Assembly (NCBI RefSeq): GCF_001194135.2
Contig: NC_069003.1
Span: 17,870,833-17,934,832 of the forward strand
Origin: Octopus bimaculoides
Taxonomy: Eukaryota
Length of the DNA: 64,000 nucleotides
Direction of reading: 5' to 3'
Positions 61,621 through 64,000 of the stretch are shown piece by piece. How positions within the stretch are numbered: position 1 is the first letter of the stretch; every line of letters starts with the position of its first letter. Below the pieces are notes generated by a model. The model had not been told where the DNA came from, searched no databases, and was given only the letters and a program-made list of their open reading frames with translations. The position numbers and the translations under genes were made by a program.

Positions 61621-63839
61621 CTACAGAAAGAAGAGACTAGGTTAATAGGGAGTTCTGTGACAGAGAGAAAGGGTTGAGAGATTTCAGTACTTCCAAGTAT
61701 AGACATGGAGAGGGTGTCAGCAGAGAATGGAAGAAAAGCTCTAAAGAATTTCTACCTAATTTATTAAGTGAAGTACCTCAGTGTAGTGATCTGGGTGTAT
61801 TGATCTGTATCAATCAGGAAGAAAAGGGTTAGGTTTGTTGATAGAGAACATCATCATTTTCCATGCTGACATGGGTTGGACAGTTTGAGAGGATCCAGTG
61901 AGCAGCAGGGCTGTGCCAAGCTCCAGTATCAACTTTGGCAGTGTGTAATAGGTACATTTTTCATGCCACCAGCACTAGTGAGGTCAACAAACAACTTGCA
62001 AGAGAGGAAAAGAACTGGAACAAACTTTCCCAACTGAGTAGGAGTATATTTAAGAGTGGGGAGGTGGCTCTATGTCAGGTGTCGAAAGACAGAAGTATGA
62101 TAGAGGAACAAGCACTTGTGTGTGGCTTCAACACATTATAGTAGTTGGGAAGGAGATAAAAATGACAGTGCTGGAGTACCAGAGCAAACTCTCATTGTAC
62201 AATAAGTTGAATATAAGAGAGGATATGGATAGTGGAGTAGAGATGGGGAGGAGATAGTGAGTAGGAGGAAAGTAAATTTGAAAGTTATTTATCTGATACA
62301 GAAATAGAATCATTCTTTTTTTCTTCACTGTTTTAATATTTAAAAGGAGGATAAAGACATACATAAAAAAAAAGTTAGGACTGAGAATCAAATATGAGTT
62401 TTTACTGTAAAATAATTGAAAATTCTTTTAGTCTGTTATCCTTTTTATTCGTTTCAGCTGTTGAATTGTTGTCATGCTGGGGCACTGTCTTAAAGGATTT
62501 AGTCAATGATACTGACCCTAGTACCTACTCTTAAGTCTGTTACTACCTATTTTATAGATTTTTATTTACTGAACTGTTTAGTTACAGGACACAAAGCAGC
62601 ATTGTTTTGTAAGCAGTGAGACTGTAAAAACAGGCACAGAAGCAAGTGTGCATGCTCATACCCTCTCATACACTTAACAGGCTTCAAGTGTATGTGTGTG
62701 CATATGCTTCTATATACGCAGATACATACCTACAAATATACATACATTCACCCACATACCTACATATACATACCCATACATACACCCATACACACTATCT
62801 CTATATATATATATATCTACATATATATATCTATAGTGAGAATTAACAAAAAACAAAAAGAAAAGACAAAGGCGGGTGTGTAAACAACAAACAGATGTAT
62901 TAGTTTAATGCTTGGGAAGTGAGAAAGTCTTTTACATTTCGAGCCTACGCTCTTCAACAGAAAGGAATACAGAAATAAACAGGGAGAGAAAATAGAAAAA
63001 GGTTTAGTGGCTAGTGACCTATCATGGTGAATGCCGGACAGAGGGGTCACACAGGAGAGCTAGGAAGGAGAGGATATAATAAAGTAGTGGTGATCCCAAA
63101 ACAAAGGTCTGCGTGCATGTGTATGTGAGAGCATGTGAAAGGGGGCTGGTGATCTGACGTGTGTATGTGTAGGTGTGTGGATGATGGTGTAGGTGCTGGG
63201 AAGTGGTCAGTGCTAGTGTGTGCACTGGTGTGGGTGCTGAGAAGCGGTCAGTGCTAGTGTGTGCGATGTGGTGTGTGGCGGAGTGGGGTGTGGGGGAGAC
63301 GAGATTGGGGGAAGCAGGGGTGGTGTCTAAGGGATGGGGCGGGGTGGGATGTATAGGGATGGTGGGGTTGGAATGTGTAGGGATGGGGTAACGAGGGAGG
63401 GGGTGACGAGGAAGGGAGAGGGTGGAAGGGAGAAGGTAGGTAGGAGTGAGGAGAGGAAGTAAGCATCAGAGCAAGAGAGGAGAGGTGGGTGGGAGGAAGT
63501 AGGAATCTATATAAAATATATATGCATGTATTTTTTAATGAAACTGAAGTTGTGAGTTTGTCTGCAACTTGAGTTTCATGTGACTGCAACCTTCAGGAAA
63601 AACTTTACCTGAAGATCACTGTGGCATAAAACTCTGGCTGCAAGAAAACTTTCAACTTCAGTTTCAATAAAAAAAATCATATCCTCCACAACATGTATTG
63701 ACCAATCTTTTCTCATTCATTCAACATTAAACAATGTATATGAATGCGTGTGTGTGTGTGTGTGTATCTTTATATACACATACAATAGACTTCTAAGTAG
63801 TTTCTGTCTACAATATTTCACTTTCAAAAAACTTTGGTT

Positions 63840-64000
63840 GTGATGACAGTAGTGTTAGCATTTGAGGAAGAAGTGGTGAGGGTGATTTGTGGGTGTGGTC
63901 CGCAAAGTGGAAGAGGGATTGCTGAGAAAGAACGGTTCTTTGATGAAATGGTGAATGAGTGGGACTTAAAAAAGTTATGAATTGGTTTTGGACATGGGTG
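63840..64000 (+). mobile_element. RTE-like LINE endonuclease fragment
   Basis: Reads VRVICGCGPQSGRGIAEKERFFDEM, resembling the APE SAYAPQ.G...EK..F region. Confidence 0.5.

Noticed and set aside
61621-64000. Search for the next upstream GPD2 exon (…FPYIEAE)
   Set aside because: Not found in the window; presumably beyond position 64000.

Overview
Animal (eukaryotic) genomic DNA: AT-rich, dense in microsatellites and transposons, with 10 N-gaps. The repeat families resemble those I associate with octopus/coleoid cephalopods; this is inference, not a database result. Two intron-rich genes converge tail-to-tail. On the + strand are six coding exons of a USP44/USP49-like deubiquitinase (6912-32787), covering the C-terminal part of the catalytic domain with the His box HHGKGFGSGHY and WILCND; its last coding exon lies beyond a 16.9-kb intron and runs into a gap. 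On the - strand are the last four coding exons of mitochondrial FAD-dependent glycerol-3-phosphate dehydrogenase GPD2 (61620 down to the stop at 45014). All ten exons have AG/GT boundaries and join in frame. The rest is mostly decayed mobile DNA: Tx1/L1-like, R4/Dong-like, CR1-like and RTE-like LINEs, several Penelope-like elements (PLEs), a Gypsy LTR plus gag, mariner and maT/DD37D transposons, a Helitron, TTAA-MITEs and tRNA-type SINEs. The most interesting signals are several hammerhead-ribozyme-like motifs in PLE-type termini (one intact core, a shared CUGUUGA minimal variant, and a double-hairpin variant) and a dense cluster of long fold-back structures inside one USP intron. There is no CRISPR or prokaryotic system. 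Repeat boundaries are approximate and were read by eye.
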